64,000 bases of DNA from Escherichia coli (GCF_003334385.1 NZ_QOWN01000012.1), one strand, 5' to 3'; positions 10,277 to 24,661 are shown, numbered from the stretch's first letter. Translations and numbers: made by a program. Notes: generated by a model from the sequence alone, not told the origin.

Positions 10277-11371
10277 ATGGCACAACAGACTCCTTTGTAC
10301 GAACAACACACGCTTTGCGGCGCTCGCATGGTGGATTTCCACGGCTGGATGATGCCGCTGCATTACGGTTCGCAAATCGACGAACATCATGCGGTACGTA
10401 CCGATGCCGGAATGTTTGATGTGTCACATATGACCATCGTCGATCTTCGCGGCAGCCGCACCCGGGAGTTTCTGCGTTATCTGCTGGCGAACGATGTGGC
10501 GAAGCTCACCAAAAGCGGCAAAGCCCTTTACTCGGGGATGTTGAATGCCTCTGGCGGTGTGATAGATGACCTCATCGTCTACTACTTTACTGAAGATTTC
10601 TTCCGCCTCGTTGTTAACTCCGCCACCCGCGAAAAAGACCTCTCCTGGATTACCCAACACGCTGAACCTTTCGGCATCGAAATTACCGTTCGTGATGACC
10701 TTTCCATGATTGCCGTGCAAGGGCCGAATGCGCAGGCAAAAGCTGCCACACTGTTTAATGACGCCCAGCGTCAGGCGGTGGAAGGGATGAAACCGTTCTT
10801 TGGCGTGCAGGCGGGCGATCTGTTTATTGCCACCACTGGTTATACCGGTGAAGCGGGCTATGAAATTGCGCTGCCCAATGAAAAAGCGGCCGATTTCTGG
10901 CGTGCGCTGGTGGAAGCGGGTGTTAAGCCATGTGGCTTGGGCGCGCGTGACACGCTGCGTCTGGAAGCGGGCATGAATCTTTATGGTCAGGAGATGGACG
11001 AAACCATCTCTCCTTTAGCCGCCAACATGGGCTGGACCATCGCCTGGGAACCGGCAGATCGTGACTTTATCGGTCGTGAAGCCCTGGAAGTGCAGCGTGA
11101 GCATGGTACAGAAAAACTGGTTGGTCTGGTGATGACCGAAAAAGGCGTGCTGCGTAATGAACTGCCGGTACGCTTTACCGATGCGCAGGGCAACCAGCAT
11201 GAAGGCATTATCACCAGCGGTACTTTCTCCCCGACGCTGGGTTACAGCATTGCGCTGGCGCGCGTGCCGGAAGGTATTGGCGAAACGGCGATTGTGCAAA
11301 TTCGCAACCGTGAAATGCCGGTTAAAGTGACAAAACCTGTTTTTGTGCGTAACGGCAAAGCCGTCGCGTGA
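10277..11371 (+). CDS. gcvT: Glycine cleavage system T protein (aminomethyltransferase), 364 aa
   Basis: [52 protein letters not shown]... Confidence 0.96.
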
Positions 11372-11394
11372 TTTACTTTTTTGGAGATTGATTG

Positions 11395-11784
11395 ATGAGC
11401 AACGTACCAGCAGAACTGAAATACAGCAAAGAACACGAATGGCTGCGTAAAGAAGCCGACGGCACTTACACCGTTGGTATTACCGAACATGCTCAGGAGC
11501 TGTTAGGCGATATGGTGTTTGTTGACCTGCCGGAAGTGGGCGCAACGGTTAGCGCGGGCGATGACTGCGCGGTTGCCGAATCGGTAAAAGCGGCGTCAGA
11601 CATTTATGCGCCAGTAAGCGGTGAAATCGTGGCGGTAAACGACGCACTGAGCGATTCCCCGGAACTGGTGAACAGCGAACCGTATGCAGGCGGCTGGATC
11701 TTTAAAATCAAAGCCAGCGATGAAAGCGAACTGGAATCACTGCTGGATGCGACCGCATACGAAGCATTGTTAGAAGACGAGTAA
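11395..11784 (+). CDS. gcvH: Glycine cleavage system H protein (lipoyl carrier), 129 aa
   Basis: [34 protein letters not shown]...; lipoyl-lysine context ESVKAASD; track start is a TTG one codon upstream. Confidence 0.95.
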
Positions 11785-11795
11785 CGGCTTTATTC

Positions 11796-11875
11796 CTCTT
11801 CTGCGGGAGAGGATCAGGGTGAGGAAAATTTATGCCTCACCCTCACTCTCTTCGTAAGGAGAGAGGTTCACAATT
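11796..11875. repeat. GC-rich palindromic intergenic element (agggtgagg / cctcaccct arms)
   Basis: Inverted repeat agggtgagg-N10-cctcaccct flanked by gcgggagagg / cctctctcc-like arms, between gcvH and gcvP. Confidence 0.5.
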
Positions 11876-11902
11876 CACTGCACGTTTCAGGAACCATCGC
11901 TC

Positions 11903-14776
11903 ATGACACAGACGTTAAGCCAGCTTGAAAACAGCGGCGCTTTTATTGAACGCCATATCGGACCGGACGCCGCGCAACAGCAAGAAATGCTGAATGCCGT
12001 TGGTGCACAATCGTTAAACGCGCTGACCGGCCAGATTGTGCCGAAAGATATTCAACTTGCGACACCACCGCAGGTTGGCGCACCGGCGACCGAATACGCC
12101 GCACTGGCAGAACTCAAGGCTATTGCCAGTCGCAATAAACGCTTCACGTCTTACATCGGCATGGGTTACACCGCCGTGCAGCTACCGCCGGTTATCCTGC
12201 GTAACATGCTGGAAAATCCGGGCTGGTATACCGCGTACACTCCGTATCAACCTGAAGTCTCCCAGGGCCGCCTTGAAGCACTGCTCAACTTCCAGCAGGT
12301 AACGCTGGATTTGACTGGACTGGATATGGCCTCTGCTTCTCTTCTGGACGAGGCCACCGCTGCCGCCGAAGCAATGGCGATGGCGAAACGCGTCAGCAAA
12401 CTGAAAAATGCCAACCGCTTCTTCGTGGCTTCCGATGTGCATCCGCAAACGCTGGATGTGGTCCGTACTCGTGCCGAAACCTTTGGTTTTGAAGTGATTG
12501 TCGATGACGCGCAAAAAGTGCTCGACCATCAGGACGTCTTCGGCGTGCTGTTACAGCAGGTAGGCACTACCGGTGAAATTCACGACTACACTGCGCTTAT
12601 TAGCGAACTGAAATCACGCAAAATTGTGGTCAGCGTTGCCGCCGATATTATGGCGCTGGTGCTGTTAACTGCGCCGGGTAAACAGGGCGCGGATATTGTT
12701 TTTGGTTCGGCGCAACGCTTCGGCGTGCCGATGGGCTACGGTGGCCCACACGCGGCATTCTTTGCGGCGAAAGATGAATACAAACGCTCAATGCCGGGCC
12801 GTATTATCGGTGTATCGAAAGATGCAGCTGGCAATACCGCGCTGCGCATGGCGATGCAGACTCGCGAGCAACATATCCGCCGTGAGAAAGCGAACTCCAA
12901 CATTTGTACTTCCCAGGTACTGCTGGCAAACATCGCCAGCCTGTATGCCGTTTATCACGGCCCGGTTGGCCTGAAACGTATCGCTAACCGCATTCACCGT
13001 CTGACCGATATCCTGGCGGCGGGCCTGCAACAAAAAGGTCTGAAACTGCGCCATGCGCACTATTTCGACACCTTGTGTGTGGAAGTGGCCGACAAAGCGG
13101 GCGTACTGACGCGTGCCGAAGCGGCTGAAATCAACCTGCGTAGCGATATTCTGAACGCGGTTGGGATCACCCTTGATGAAACAACCACGCGTGAAAACGT
13201 AATGCAGCTTTTCAACGTGCTGCTGGGCGATAACCACGGCCTGGACATCGACACGCTGGACAAAGACGTGGCTCACGACAGCCGCTCTATCCAGCCTGCG
13301 ATGCTGCGCGACGACGAAATCCTCACCCATCCGGTGTTTAATCGCTACCACAGCGAAACCGAAATGATGCGCTATATGCACTCGCTGGAGCGTAAAGATC
13401 TGGCGCTGAATCAGGCGATGATCCCGCTGGGTTCCTGCACCATGAAACTGAACGCCGCCGCCGAGATGATCCCAATCACCTGGCCGGAATTTGCCGAACT
13501 GCACCCGTTCTGCCCGCCGGAGCAGGCCGAAGGTTATCAGCAGATGATTGCGCAGCTGGCTGACTGGCTGGTGAAACTGACCGGTTACGACGCCGTTTGT
13601 ATGCAGCCGAACTCTGGCGCACAGGGCGAATACGCGGGCCTGCTGGCGATTCGTCATTATCATGAAAGCCGCAACGAAGGGCATCGCGATATCTGCCTGA
13701 TCCCGGCTTCTGCGCACGGAACTAACCCCGCTTCTGCACATATGGCAGGAATGCAGGTGGTGGTTGTGGCGTGTGATAAAAACGGCAACATCGATCTGAC
13801 TGATCTGCGCGCGAAAGCGGAACAGGCGGGCGATAACCTCTCCTGTATCATGGTGACTTATCCTTCTACCCACGGCGTGTATGAAGAAACGATCCGTGAA
13901 GTGTGTGAAGTCGTGCATCAGTTCGGCGGTCAGGTTTACCTTGATGGCGCGAACATGAACGCCCAGGTTGGCATCACCTCGCCGGGCTTTATTGGTGCGG
14001 ACGTTTCACACCTTAACCTACATAAAACTTTCTGCATTCCGCACGGCGGTGGTGGTCCGGGTATGGGACCGATCGGCGTGAAAGCGCATTTGGCACCGTT
14101 TGTACCGGGTCATAGCGTGGTGCAAATCGAAGGCATGTTAACCCGTCAGGGCGCGGTTTCTGCGGCACCGTTCGGTAGCGCCTCTATCCTGCCAATCAGC
14201 TGGATGTACATCCGCATGATGGGCGCAGAAGGGCTGAAAAAAGCAAGCCAGGTGGCAATCCTCAACGCCAACTATATTGCCAGCCGCCTGCAGGATGCCT
14301 TCCCGGTGCTGTATACCGGTCGCGACGGTCGCGTGGCGCACGAATGTATTCTCGATATTCGCCCGCTGAAAGAAGAAACCGGCATCAGCGAGCTGGATAT
14401 TGCCAAGCGCCTGATCGACTACGGTTTCCACGCGCCGACGATGTCGTTCCCGGTGGCGGGTACGCTGATGGTTGAACCGACTGAATCTGAAAGCAAAGTG
14501 GAACTGGATCGCTTTATCGACGCGATGCTGGCTATCCGCGCAGAAATTGACCAGGTGAAAGCCGGTGTCTGGCCGCTGGAAGATAACCCGCTGGTGAACG
14601 CGCCGCACATTCAGAGCGAACTGGTCGCCGAGTGGGCGCATCCGTACAGCCGTGAAGTTGCGGTATTCCCGGCAGGTGTGGCAGACAAATACTGGCCGAC
14701 AGTGAAACGTCTGGATGATGTTTACGGCGACCGTAACCTGTTCTGCTCCTGCGTACCGATTAGCGAATACCAGTAA
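11903..14776 (+). CDS. gcvP: Glycine dehydrogenase (decarboxylating), P protein, 957 aa
   Basis: [34 protein letters not shown]...; PLP-dependent; length matches K-12. Confidence 0.96.
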   Translation: MTQTLSQLENSGAFIERHIGPDAAQQQEMLNAVGAQSLNALTGQIVPKDIQLATPPQVGAPATEYAALAELKAIASRNKRFTSYIGMGYTAVQLPPVILRNMLENPGWYTAYTPYQPEVSQGRLEALLNFQQVTLDLTGLDMASASLLDEATAAAEAMAMAKRVSKLKNANRFFVASDVHPQTLDVVRTRAETFGFEVIVDDAQKVLDHQDVFGVLLQQVGTTGEIHDYTALISELKSRKIVVSVAADIMALVLLTAPGKQGADIVFGSAQRFGVPMGYGGPHAAFFAAKDEYKRSMPGRIIGVSKDAAGNTALRMAMQTREQHIRREKANSNICTSQVLLANIASLYAVYHGPVGLKRIANRIHRLTDILAAGLQQKGLKLRHAHYFDTLCVEVADKAGVLTRAEAAEINLRSDILNAVGITLDETTTRENVMQLFNVLLGDNHGLDIDTLDKDVAHDSRSIQPAMLRDDEILTHPVFNRYHSETEMMRYMHSLERKDLALNQAMIPLGSCTMKLNAAAEMIPITWPEFAELHPFCPPEQAEGYQQMIAQLADWLVKLTGYDAVCMQPNSGAQGEYAGLLAIRHYHESRNEGHRDICLIPASAHGTNPASAHMAGMQVVVVACDKNGNIDLTDLRAKAEQAGDNLSCIMVTYPSTHGVYEETIREVCEVVHQFGGQVYLDGANMNAQVGITSPGFIGADVSHLNLHKTFCIPHGGGGPGMGPIGVKAHLAPFVPGHSVVQIEGMLTRQGAVSAAPFGSASILPISWMYIRMMGAEGLKKASQVAILNANYIASRLQDAFPVLYTGRDGRVAHECILDIRPLKEETGISELDIAKRLIDYGFHAPTMSFPVAGTLMVEPTESESKVELDRFIDAMLAIRAEIDQVKAGVWPLEDNPLVNAPHIQSELVAEWAHPYSREVAVFPAGVADKYWPTVKRLDDVYGDRNLFCSCVPISEYQ

Positions 14777-14798
14777 TTCACTGATTCGACTATTTTCT

Positions 14799-14821
14799 AA
14801 AGGCGCTTCGGCGCCTTTTTA
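14799..14821 (+). terminator. Rho-independent terminator of gcvTHP
   Basis: aaaggcgcttcggcgccttttt: perfect hairpin with GC stem and T-run. Confidence 0.8.
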
Positions 14822-14855
14822 GTCAGATGACAAAGTACAAAAGTGCTCAGACAGT

Positions 14856-14957
14856 CCCCTCGCCCCTTTGGGGAGAGGGTTAGGGTGAGGGGAACAGGCC
14901 GGCACTGGCGCGAATATTTACCCTCACCCCGGCCCTCTCCCTGAAAGGGCGAGGGGG
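14856..14957. repeat. Long GC-rich inverted repeat (two ~37-bp arms separated by a ~28-bp spacer)
   Basis: Arm 1 cccctcgcccctttggggagagggttagggtgagggg; arm 2 ccctcaccccggccctctccctgaaagggcgaggggg is close to its reverse complement. Same motif family as the element after gcvH. Confidence 0.6.
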
Positions 14958-15042
14958 AAAAGCGTGCCAACATTGAAGATTGAGCCAGTTTGTTAGCAAT
15001 CTCAAAGATACGTCAACGAATTAATTTTTCTCGGAAAAACAA

Positions 15043-15786
15043 ATGGCTATAGCACTTGTGACTGGTGGCAGTCGCGGCATCGGGCGGGCAACTGCATTAC
15101 TGTTGGCGCAAGAAGGGTATACGGTGGCGGTTAATTATCAGCAAAACCTCCACGCGGCGCAGGAAGTGATGAACTTAATAACGCAAGCCGGTGGCAAAGC
15201 ATTCGTGCTCCAGGCGGATATCAGCGACGAAAACCAGGTCGTTGCGATGTTTACAGCAATCGATCAGCACGATGAACCGCTAGCAGCGCTGGTCAATAAC
15301 GCCGGGATCTTGTTTACCCAGTGCACCGTTGAAAACCTTACCGCAGAGCGAATCAACCGAGTACTTTCCACCAACGTGACGGGATATTTTCTCTGCTGCC
15401 GCGAGGCGGTAAAACGCATGGCGCTTAAAAATGGTGGCAGTGGCGGCGCTATCGTCAATGTCTCTTCGGTGGCCTCACGGTTGGGTTCGCCAGGGGAATA
15501 TGTTGATTACGCGGCATCGAAAGGGGCGATTGATACGTTAACCACCGGACTATCGCTGGAAGTCGCCGCGCAGGGGATCCGCGTTAACTGCGTGCGGCCA
15601 GGGTTTATTTATACCGAAATGCACGCCAGCGGCGGCGAGCCTGGACGCGTCGATCGCGTTAAGTCGAACATCCCCATGCAGCGTGGTGGACAGGCAGAAG
15701 AGGTCGCGCAGGCCATTGTCTGGCTACTAAGTGATAAAGCCTCTTACGTCACGGGAAGTTTTATCGATTTGGCGGGCGGGAAATAA
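15043..15786 (+). CDS. ygfF: Short-chain dehydrogenase/reductase family oxidoreductase, 247 aa
   Basis: MAIALVTGGSRGIGRATALLLAQEGY... (TGxxxGIG NAD(P)-binding motif); catalytic YxxxK (YAASK). Confidence 0.9.
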   Translation: MAIALVTGGSRGIGRATALLLAQEGYTVAVNYQQNLHAAQEVMNLITQAGGKAFVLQADISDENQVVAMFTAIDQHDEPLAALVNNAGILFTQCTVENLTAERINRVLSTNVTGYFLCCREAVKRMALKNGGSGGAIVNVSSVASRLGSPGEYVDYAASKGAIDTLTTGLSLEVAAQGIRVNCVRPGFIYTEMHASGGEPGRVDRVKSNIPMQRGGQAEEVAQAIVWLLSDKASYVTGSFIDLAGGK

Positions 15787-15842
15787 AACAGGGAAGTTGT
15801 CTGACCGGATGCAACAAGTATTGCATCCGGTACTTCATCGAC

Positions 15843-17303
<1,461 letters not shown>

Positions 17304-17320
17304 TTACAGGAAATAGTACC

Positions 17321-17632
17321 ATGCAGCCAAACGACATCACTTTTTTTCAACGTTTCCAGGATGACATTCTGGCTGGGCGTAAAACCATCACCATCCGCGA
17401 CGAGTCTGAATCGCACTTCAAAACGGGTGATGTGCTTCGTGTCGGACGTTTTGAAGATGACGGTTATTTTTGCACGATTGAAGTCACCGCAACCTCAACC
17501 GTAACGCTGGATACGCTGACTGAAAAACATGCAGAGCAGGAAAATATGACCCTGACTGAACTGAAAAAAGTCATTGCTGACATCTATCCCGGTCAGACAC
17601 AATTTTATGTGATTGAATTTAAATGTCTTTAA
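17321..17632 (+). CDS. yqfB: ASCH-domain protein YqfB (N4-acetylcytidine amidohydrolase), 103 aa
   Basis: [42 protein letters not shown]... Confidence 0.9.
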   Translation: MQPNDITFFQRFQDDILAGRKTITIRDESESHFKTGDVLRVGRFEDDGYFCTIEVTATSTVTLDTLTEKHAEQENMTLTELKKVIADIYPGQTQFYVIEFKCL

Positions 17633-17792
17633 ATTGAACTCACGCCTGTTAGTTGAAATTTCGCATTTAATTTCATGATTTTTAGGAGATTAGTCTCAAA
17701 TCAGAATTTATTTTAGCTAACAGGTGTTCACTGGAACTATTCTCAGTTACGCTGGAGAGGTATACATGTGCGTGTACGTTTCTCCGGAGTAA

Positions 17793-18455
<663 letters not shown>

Positions 18456-18463
18456 TGGGTATG

Positions 18464-18650
18464 CCTTTGTAGGCCTGATAAGACGCGCCAGCGTCGCATC
18501 AGGCATCGGAGCACAACTGCCGGATTCGGCGTGAACGCCTTATCCGATCTACGGGCCTCGTCCCTGTTGTGATAAAGGCATCAAATCCCAGACATGATAA
18601 GACGCGCCAGCGTCGCATCAGGCGATAAATGCCTGATGCGATAAAGAGAT
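18464..18650. repeat. REP/BIME cluster (at least two REP units)
   Basis: Two copies of gataagacgcgccagcgtcgcatcaggc (18476-18503 and 18596-18623) plus an inverted REP-like unit cggattcggcgtgaacgccttatccg between them; classic REP palindromes. Confidence 0.85.
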
Positions 18651-19631
18651 TTACTCTTCGAGCGAATACGGCAGCGGCTCGATATGCAATGTATTCGCAT
18701 CGTCGCGTACGCGGAAGATGCTATCCGGTTCCATATCGTTATTCATGACGACCTGTACCACGACCTGACCATCTTCCAGTTTTACCGCAGCCAGTACCGT
18801 ACCGGTACGACGCCAGTTCTCGCCCATTTTCAGCTCTAAGTCTTCACCAGCTTCCGGCAGTCGGCTGGCGCTACCTGCCAGCAACCAGAGCGCACGTTTA
18901 TTGGCACCACGGAATTTTGCTCGCGCCACCATCTCTTGTCCGGTATAACAGCCTTTCTTAAAGCTGATACCGCCCAGCGCCTGGAGATTGGTCGCCTGTG
19001 GGATAAACTGCCCGCTGTTGGCGGCATCAATCACCGGGAAACCCGCTTCAATGTTTAATGCCAGCCACTGTTGGCTATTGTTCAGTTCCGCTTCACCGCG
19101 CAGTTTATCGGTCAGCATATTAGCAGTAGCTTCATCGGTTACGATCAGGAAACGTTCTGCCGGGTGTTCAAACCATAGCAAAGTGGTCGCGCCTTCTTTG
19201 ACTACCTGTTTTTCTTTCGAAGGCAGTTCGCTAAAGAGATTTGCCAGCGCGGCGCGCGCCTGAAAACCGGCAACACCAAGCAGCACACGCTCGTCGTCTG
19301 GCGCGATGGTCACTTTAGAGAATACCGCATATTTTTTCAGTTCAGTCAGCTGCGGTTCACGCACGCTGCGCCGTTCAATCCATGCAAAGCCATCGCCGTC
19401 GCGGAACAGACGTAAATTGCTCCACATTTTACCTTTGGCGTCGCAATGGGCGGCGAGCAGGTGCTGATCTTCTGCCATCTGGCTGACATCTGCTGTCACC
19501 TGACCCTGCATATATTTTTCGCTGTCCGCGCCAGTAATGGTGGCAAGCGCCCAGTCATCAAGCGTCATCAGCGTCAGCGGTAAACGGGCAGAAGCCGTAG
19601 GCTGACGGGGAGGAAAAGGTGTAAAAGCCAT
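18651..19631 (-). CDS. ygfZ: Folate-binding tRNA-modifying protein YgfZ, 326 aa
   Basis: [49 protein letters not shown]...; GcvT-like fold; K-12 synteny. Confidence 0.92.
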   Translation of the reverse strand: MAFTPFPPRQPTASARLPLTLMTLDDWALATITGADSEKYMQGQVTADVSQMAEDQHLLAAHCDAKGKMWSNLRLFRDGDGFAWIERRSVREPQLTELKKYAVFSKVTIAPDDERVLLGVAGFQARAALANLFSELPSKEKQVVKEGATTLLWFEHPAERFLIVTDEATANMLTDKLRGEAELNNSQQWLALNIEAGFPVIDAANSGQFIPQATNLQALGGISFKKGCYTGQEMVARAKFRGANKRALWLLAGSASRLPEAGEDLELKMGENWRRTGTVLAAVKLEDGQVVVQVVMNNDMEPDSIFRVRDDANTLHIEPLPYSLEE

Positions 19632-19861
19632 AATAGAGTCCTGAGTTGCTTAACGGCGTATTAATGACTAATGGTAAAAGAGCTATGAGGCAATGCAAGT
19701 GCTTTCACTACGCGATCTGTGCCTTCTGCGAGGCGACTTCCAAAAAAATGAAGCCATTGAATTGTTGTGAATTAATTTCGCGATCGCGATGGTGTTTACT
19801 GATATTCCCGTAAAAGAAGGCGAAAAACACGTTACAATAGCCGGGTACTGGATTTTCGTGA

Positions 19862-20528
<667 letters not shown>

Positions 20529-20567
20529 AGATGACGGCAAAGCATATGCGCTAAGCCGTCAGTGAGA

Positions 20568-21089
20568 TCAGGCGTAATGCTCTGCCATTTCGTTGAGGAT
20601 TTGCTCGCACCAGCTCTGAATACGCTCGTCGCTAAGGTCATACTGGTTAGTTTCATCCAGCGCCAGACCCACGAACAGTTGCCCGTCAGCAATCACCGGT
20701 TTCGGGCTGGTAAATTCATATCCTTCCGTTGGCCAGTAGCCGACGAACTTCACGCCTTTGGTCGAGAGTTTGTCATGCAGCATACCGAGCGCATCGAGGA
20801 ACCACTCGCCGTATCCCAGTTGATCGCCAAGCCCATACAGCGCAACAATTTTACCTTCAAGGTTCAGGTCGTCGAGCTGATCCCAGACGGCTTCCCAGTC
20901 TTCCTGGATTTCACCAAAATCCCAGGTCGGGATACCCAGAATGAGCACATCGTACTGCTCCATTAATTTCGGGGAGTCGTCCTTGAGGTTATGTAAGGTC
21001 ACCAGTTCTGGGCCGATAATATCGCGGATTTTTTCTGCCGCCATTTCGGTGTAACAGGTGCTGGAACCGTAAAAAAGACCCATATTCAT
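20568..21089 (-). CDS. fldB: Flavodoxin 2, 173 aa
   Basis: [26 protein letters not shown]... flavodoxin FMN-binding signature. Confidence 0.93.
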
Positions 21090-21200
21090 AACGTAAGCTT
21101 CTCGATTCTGCTGTGGCTTTTGCGGCTAGTGTATCAGAATCGCTTTAGTCACGGCACAATAAGGCATAATGGATCAAATGAGTGACCATAAGGGGCGCAA

Positions 21201-22097
21201 GTGAAACAGGATCTGGCACGCATCGAGCAGTTTCTTGATGCTCTGTGGCTGGAAAAAAATCTGGCTGAAAATACGTTGAACGCTTACCGTCGCGATCTGT
21301 CAATGATGGTGGAGTGGTTGCATCACCGCGGGTTGACGCTGGCGACGGCGCAAAGTGACGATTTGCAGGCATTACTGGCAGAACGGCTGGAGGGCGGGTA
21401 TAAAGCCACCAGCTCAGCGCGTTTGCTGAGTGCAGTGCGCCGATTGTTCCAGTATCTTTATCGCGAAAAGTTTCGTGAAGACGATCCCAGTGCGCATCTC
21501 GCTTCACCGAAATTGCCCCAGCGTTTGCCAAAAGATTTAAGCGAAGCGCAGGTCGAACGTTTATTACAGGCACCATTAATCGATCAGCCACTGGAGCTAC
21601 GCGATAAAGCCATGCTTGAAGTGTTGTATGCTACCGGGCTGCGTGTCTCTGAACTGGTCGGACTGACAATGAGTGATATCAGCCTGCGTCAGGGCGTGGT
21701 ACGGGTCATTGGTAAAGGCAACAAAGAGCGTCTGGTGCCGTTAGGTGAAGAGGCGGTTTACTGGCTGGAAACCTATCTGGAACATGGGCGTCCGTGGCTG
21801 CTGAATGGTGTGTCAATTGACGTGTTGTTTCCCAGCCAGCGTGCGCAGCAGATGACGCGACAGACCTTCTGGCACCGTATTAAACATTATGCTGTGCTGG
21901 CGGGTATCGACAGCGAAAAGCTGTCACCGCATGTGTTGCGTCACGCTTTTGCCACTCATTTATTAAATCATGGTGCGGATTTACGCGTGGTGCAGATGCT
22001 ACTGGGCCACAGCGATCTCTCCACCACGCAAATTTATACGCATGTCGCTACCGAGCGTCTGCGGCAACTTCATCAACAGCATCACCCGCGGGCGTGA
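21201..22097 (+). CDS. xerD: Site-specific tyrosine recombinase XerD, 298 aa
   Basis: MKQDLARIEQFLDALWLEKNLAENTLNAYRRDL...; catalytic HVLRHAFATHLL and LGHSDLSTTQIYTH. Confidence 0.95.
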   Translation: MKQDLARIEQFLDALWLEKNLAENTLNAYRRDLSMMVEWLHHRGLTLATAQSDDLQALLAERLEGGYKATSSARLLSAVRRLFQYLYREKFREDDPSAHLASPKLPQRLPKDLSEAQVERLLQAPLIDQPLELRDKAMLEVLYATGLRVSELVGLTMSDISLRQGVVRVIGKGNKERLVPLGEEAVYWLETYLEHGRPWLLNGVSIDVLFPSQRAQQMTRQTFWHRIKHYAVLAGIDSEKLSPHVLRHAFATHLLNHGADLRVVQMLLGHSDLSTTQIYTHVATERLRQLHQQHHPRA

Positions 22098-22121
22098 TGT
22101 CTGAAAAGAACGGGAAGATTT

Positions 22122-22832
22122 ATGAAGAAAGGTTTTATGTTGTTTACTTTGTTAGCGGCGTTTTCAGGCTTTGCTCAGGCTGATGACGCGGCAATTCAAC
22201 AAACGTTAGCCAAAATGGGCATCAAAAGCAGCGATATTCAGCCCGCGCCTGTAGCTGGCATGAAGACAGTTCTGACTAACAGCGGCGTGTTGTACATCAC
22301 CGATGATGGTAAACATATCATTCAGGGGCCAATGTATGACGTTAGTGGCACGGCTCCGGTCAATGTCACCAATAAGATGCTGTTAAAGCAGTTGAATGCG
22401 CTTGAAAAAGAGATGATCGTTTATAAAGCGCCGCAGGAAAAACACGTCATCACCGTGTTTACTGATATTACCTGTGGCTACTGCCACAAACTGCATGAGC
22501 AAATGGCAGACTACAACGCGCTGGGGATCACCGTGCGTTATCTTGCTTTCCCGCGCCAGGGGCTGGACAGCGATGCAGAGAAAGAAATGAAAGCTATCTG
22601 GTGTGCGAAAGATAAAAACAAAGCGTTTGATGATGTGATGGCAGGTAAAAGCGTCGCACCAGCCAGTTGCGACGTGGATATTGCCGACCATTACGCACTT
22701 GGCGTCCAGCTTGGCGTTAGCGGTACTCCGGCAGTTGTGCTGAGCAATGGCACACTTGTTCCGGGTTACCAGCCGCCGAAAGAGATGAAAGAATTCCTCG
22801 ACGAACACCAAAAAATGACCAGCGGTAAATAA
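22122..22832 (+). CDS. dsbC: Periplasmic thiol:disulfide isomerase DsbC, 236 aa
   Basis: Signal peptide MKKGFMLFTLLAAFSGFAQA; active-site CGYC. Confidence 0.95.
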   Translation: MKKGFMLFTLLAAFSGFAQADDAAIQQTLAKMGIKSSDIQPAPVAGMKTVLTNSGVLYITDDGKHIIQGPMYDVSGTAPVNVTNKMLLKQLNALEKEMIVYKAPQEKHVITVFTDITCGYCHKLHEQMADYNALGITVRYLAFPRQGLDSDAEKEMKAIWCAKDKNKAFDDVMAGKSVAPASCDVDIADHYALGVQLGVSGTPAVVLSNGTLVPGYQPPKEMKEFLDEHQKMTSGK

Positions 22833-22837
22833 TTCGC

Positions 22838-24571
22838 GTGAAACAACAGATACAACTTCGTCGCCGTGAAGTCGATGAAACGGCAGACTTGCCCGCTGAA
22901 TTGCCTCCCTTGCTGCGCCGTTTATACGCCAGCCGGGGAGTACGCAGTGCGCAAGAACTGGAACGCAGTGTTAAAGGTATGCTGCCCTGGCAGCAACTGA
23001 GCGGCGTCGAAAAGGCCGTTGAGATCCTTTACAACGCTTTTCGCGAAGGAACGCGGATTATTGTGGTCGGTGATTTCGACGCCGACGGCGCGACCAGCAC
23101 GGCTCTAAGCGTGCTGGCGATGCGCTCGCTTGGTTGCAGCAATATCGACTACCTGGTACCAAACCGTTTCGAAGACGGTTACGGCTTAAGCCCGGAAGTG
23201 GTCGATCAGGCCCATGCCCGTGGCGCGCAGTTAATTGTCACGGTGGATAACGGTATTTCCTCCCATGCGGGGGTTGAGCACGCTCGCTCGTTGGGCATCC
23301 CGGTTATTGTTACCGATCACCATTTGCCAGGCGACACATTACCCGCAGCGGAAGCGATCATTAACCCTAACTTGCGCGACTGTAATTTCCCGTCGAAATC
23401 ACTGGCAGGCGTGGGTGTGGCGTTTTATCTGATGCTGGCGCTGCGCACCTTTTTGCGCGATCAGGGCTGGTTTGATGAGCGTAACATCGCAATTCCTAAC
23501 CTGGCAGAACTGCTGGATCTGGTCGCGCTGGGGACAGTGGCGGACGTCGTGCCGCTGGACGCTAATAATCGCATTCTGACCTGGCAGGGGATGAGTCGCA
23601 TCCGAGCCGGAAAGTGCCGTCCGGGGATTAAAGCGCTGCTTGAAGTGGCAAACCGTGATGCACAAAAACTCGCCGCCAGCGATTTAGGTTTTGCGCTGGG
23701 GCCACGTCTCAATGCTGCCGGACGACTGGACGATATGTCCGTCGGTGTGGCGCTGTTGTTGTGCGACAACATCGGCGAAGCGCGCGTGCTGGCAAATGAA
23801 CTCGATGCGCTAAACCAGACGCGAAAAGAGATCGAACAAGGAATGCAAATTGAAGCCCTGACCCTGTGCGAGAAACTGGAGCGCAGCCGTGACACGCTAC
23901 CCGGCGGGCTGGCAATGTATCACCCCGAATGGCATCAGGGCGTTGTCGGTATTCTGGCTTCGCGCATCAAAGAGCGTTTTCACCGTCCGGTTATCGCGTT
24001 TGCGCCAGCAGGTGACGGTACGCTGAAAGGTTCCGGTCGCTCCATTCAGGGGCTGCATATGCGTGATGCGCTGGAGCGATTAGACACACTCTACCCTGGC
24101 ATGATGCTGAAGTTTGGCGGTCATGCGATGGCGGCGGGTTTGTCGCTGGAAGAGGATAAATTCAAACTCTTTCAACAACGGTTTGGCGAACTGGTTACTG
24201 AGTGGCTGGACCCTTCGCTATTGCAAGGCGAAGTGGTATCAGACGGTCCGTTAAGCCCGGCCGAAATGACCATGGAAGTGGCGCAGCTGCTGCGCGATGC
24301 TGGCCCGTGGGGGCAGATGTTCCCGGAGCCGCTGTTTGACGGTCATTTCCGTCTGCTGCAACAGCGGCTGGTGGGCGAACGTCATTTGAAGGTGATGGTC
24401 GAACCGGTCGGCGGCGGTCCACTGCTGGATGGTATTGCTTTTAATGTCGATACCGCCCTCTGGCCGGATAACGGCGTGCGCGAAGTGCAACTGGCTTATA
24501 AGCTCGATATCAACGAGTTTCGCGGCAACCGCAGCCTGCAAATTATCATCGACAATATCTGGCCAATTTAG
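22838..24571 (+). CDS. recJ: Single-stranded-DNA-specific 5'-3' exonuclease RecJ, 577 aa
   Basis: DHH motifs (VVGDFDADGATS; VTDHH). Confidence 0.95.
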   Translation: MKQQIQLRRREVDETADLPAELPPLLRRLYASRGVRSAQELERSVKGMLPWQQLSGVEKAVEILYNAFREGTRIIVVGDFDADGATSTALSVLAMRSLGCSNIDYLVPNRFEDGYGLSPEVVDQAHARGAQLIVTVDNGISSHAGVEHARSLGIPVIVTDHHLPGDTLPAAEAIINPNLRDCNFPSKSLAGVGVAFYLMLALRTFLRDQGWFDERNIAIPNLAELLDLVALGTVADVVPLDANNRILTWQGMSRIRAGKCRPGIKALLEVANRDAQKLAASDLGFALGPRLNAAGRLDDMSVGVALLLCDNIGEARVLANELDALNQTRKEIEQGMQIEALTLCEKLERSRDTLPGGLAMYHPEWHQGVVGILASRIKERFHRPVIAFAPAGDGTLKGSGRSIQGLHMRDALERLDTLYPGMMLKFGGHAMAAGLSLEEDKFKLFQQRFGELVTEWLDPSLLQGEVVSDGPLSPAEMTMEVAQLLRDAGPWGQMFPEPLFDGHFRLLQQRLVGERHLKVMVEPVGGGPLLDGIAFNVDTALWPDNGVREVQLAYKLDINEFRGNRSLQIIIDNIWPI

Positions 24572-24661
24572 CGTCATCTTCTCTATAAAAAAGAGCGTGG
24601 ATTGGGTACAATCCCGCTCTTATCACCGCATTTTGACTAGCTCAATAAAAGAAATCAGACC

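Noticed and set aside
12788-13918. 376-aa ORF on the minus strand
   Set aside because: Antisense to gcvP. Shadow ORF with no independent support.
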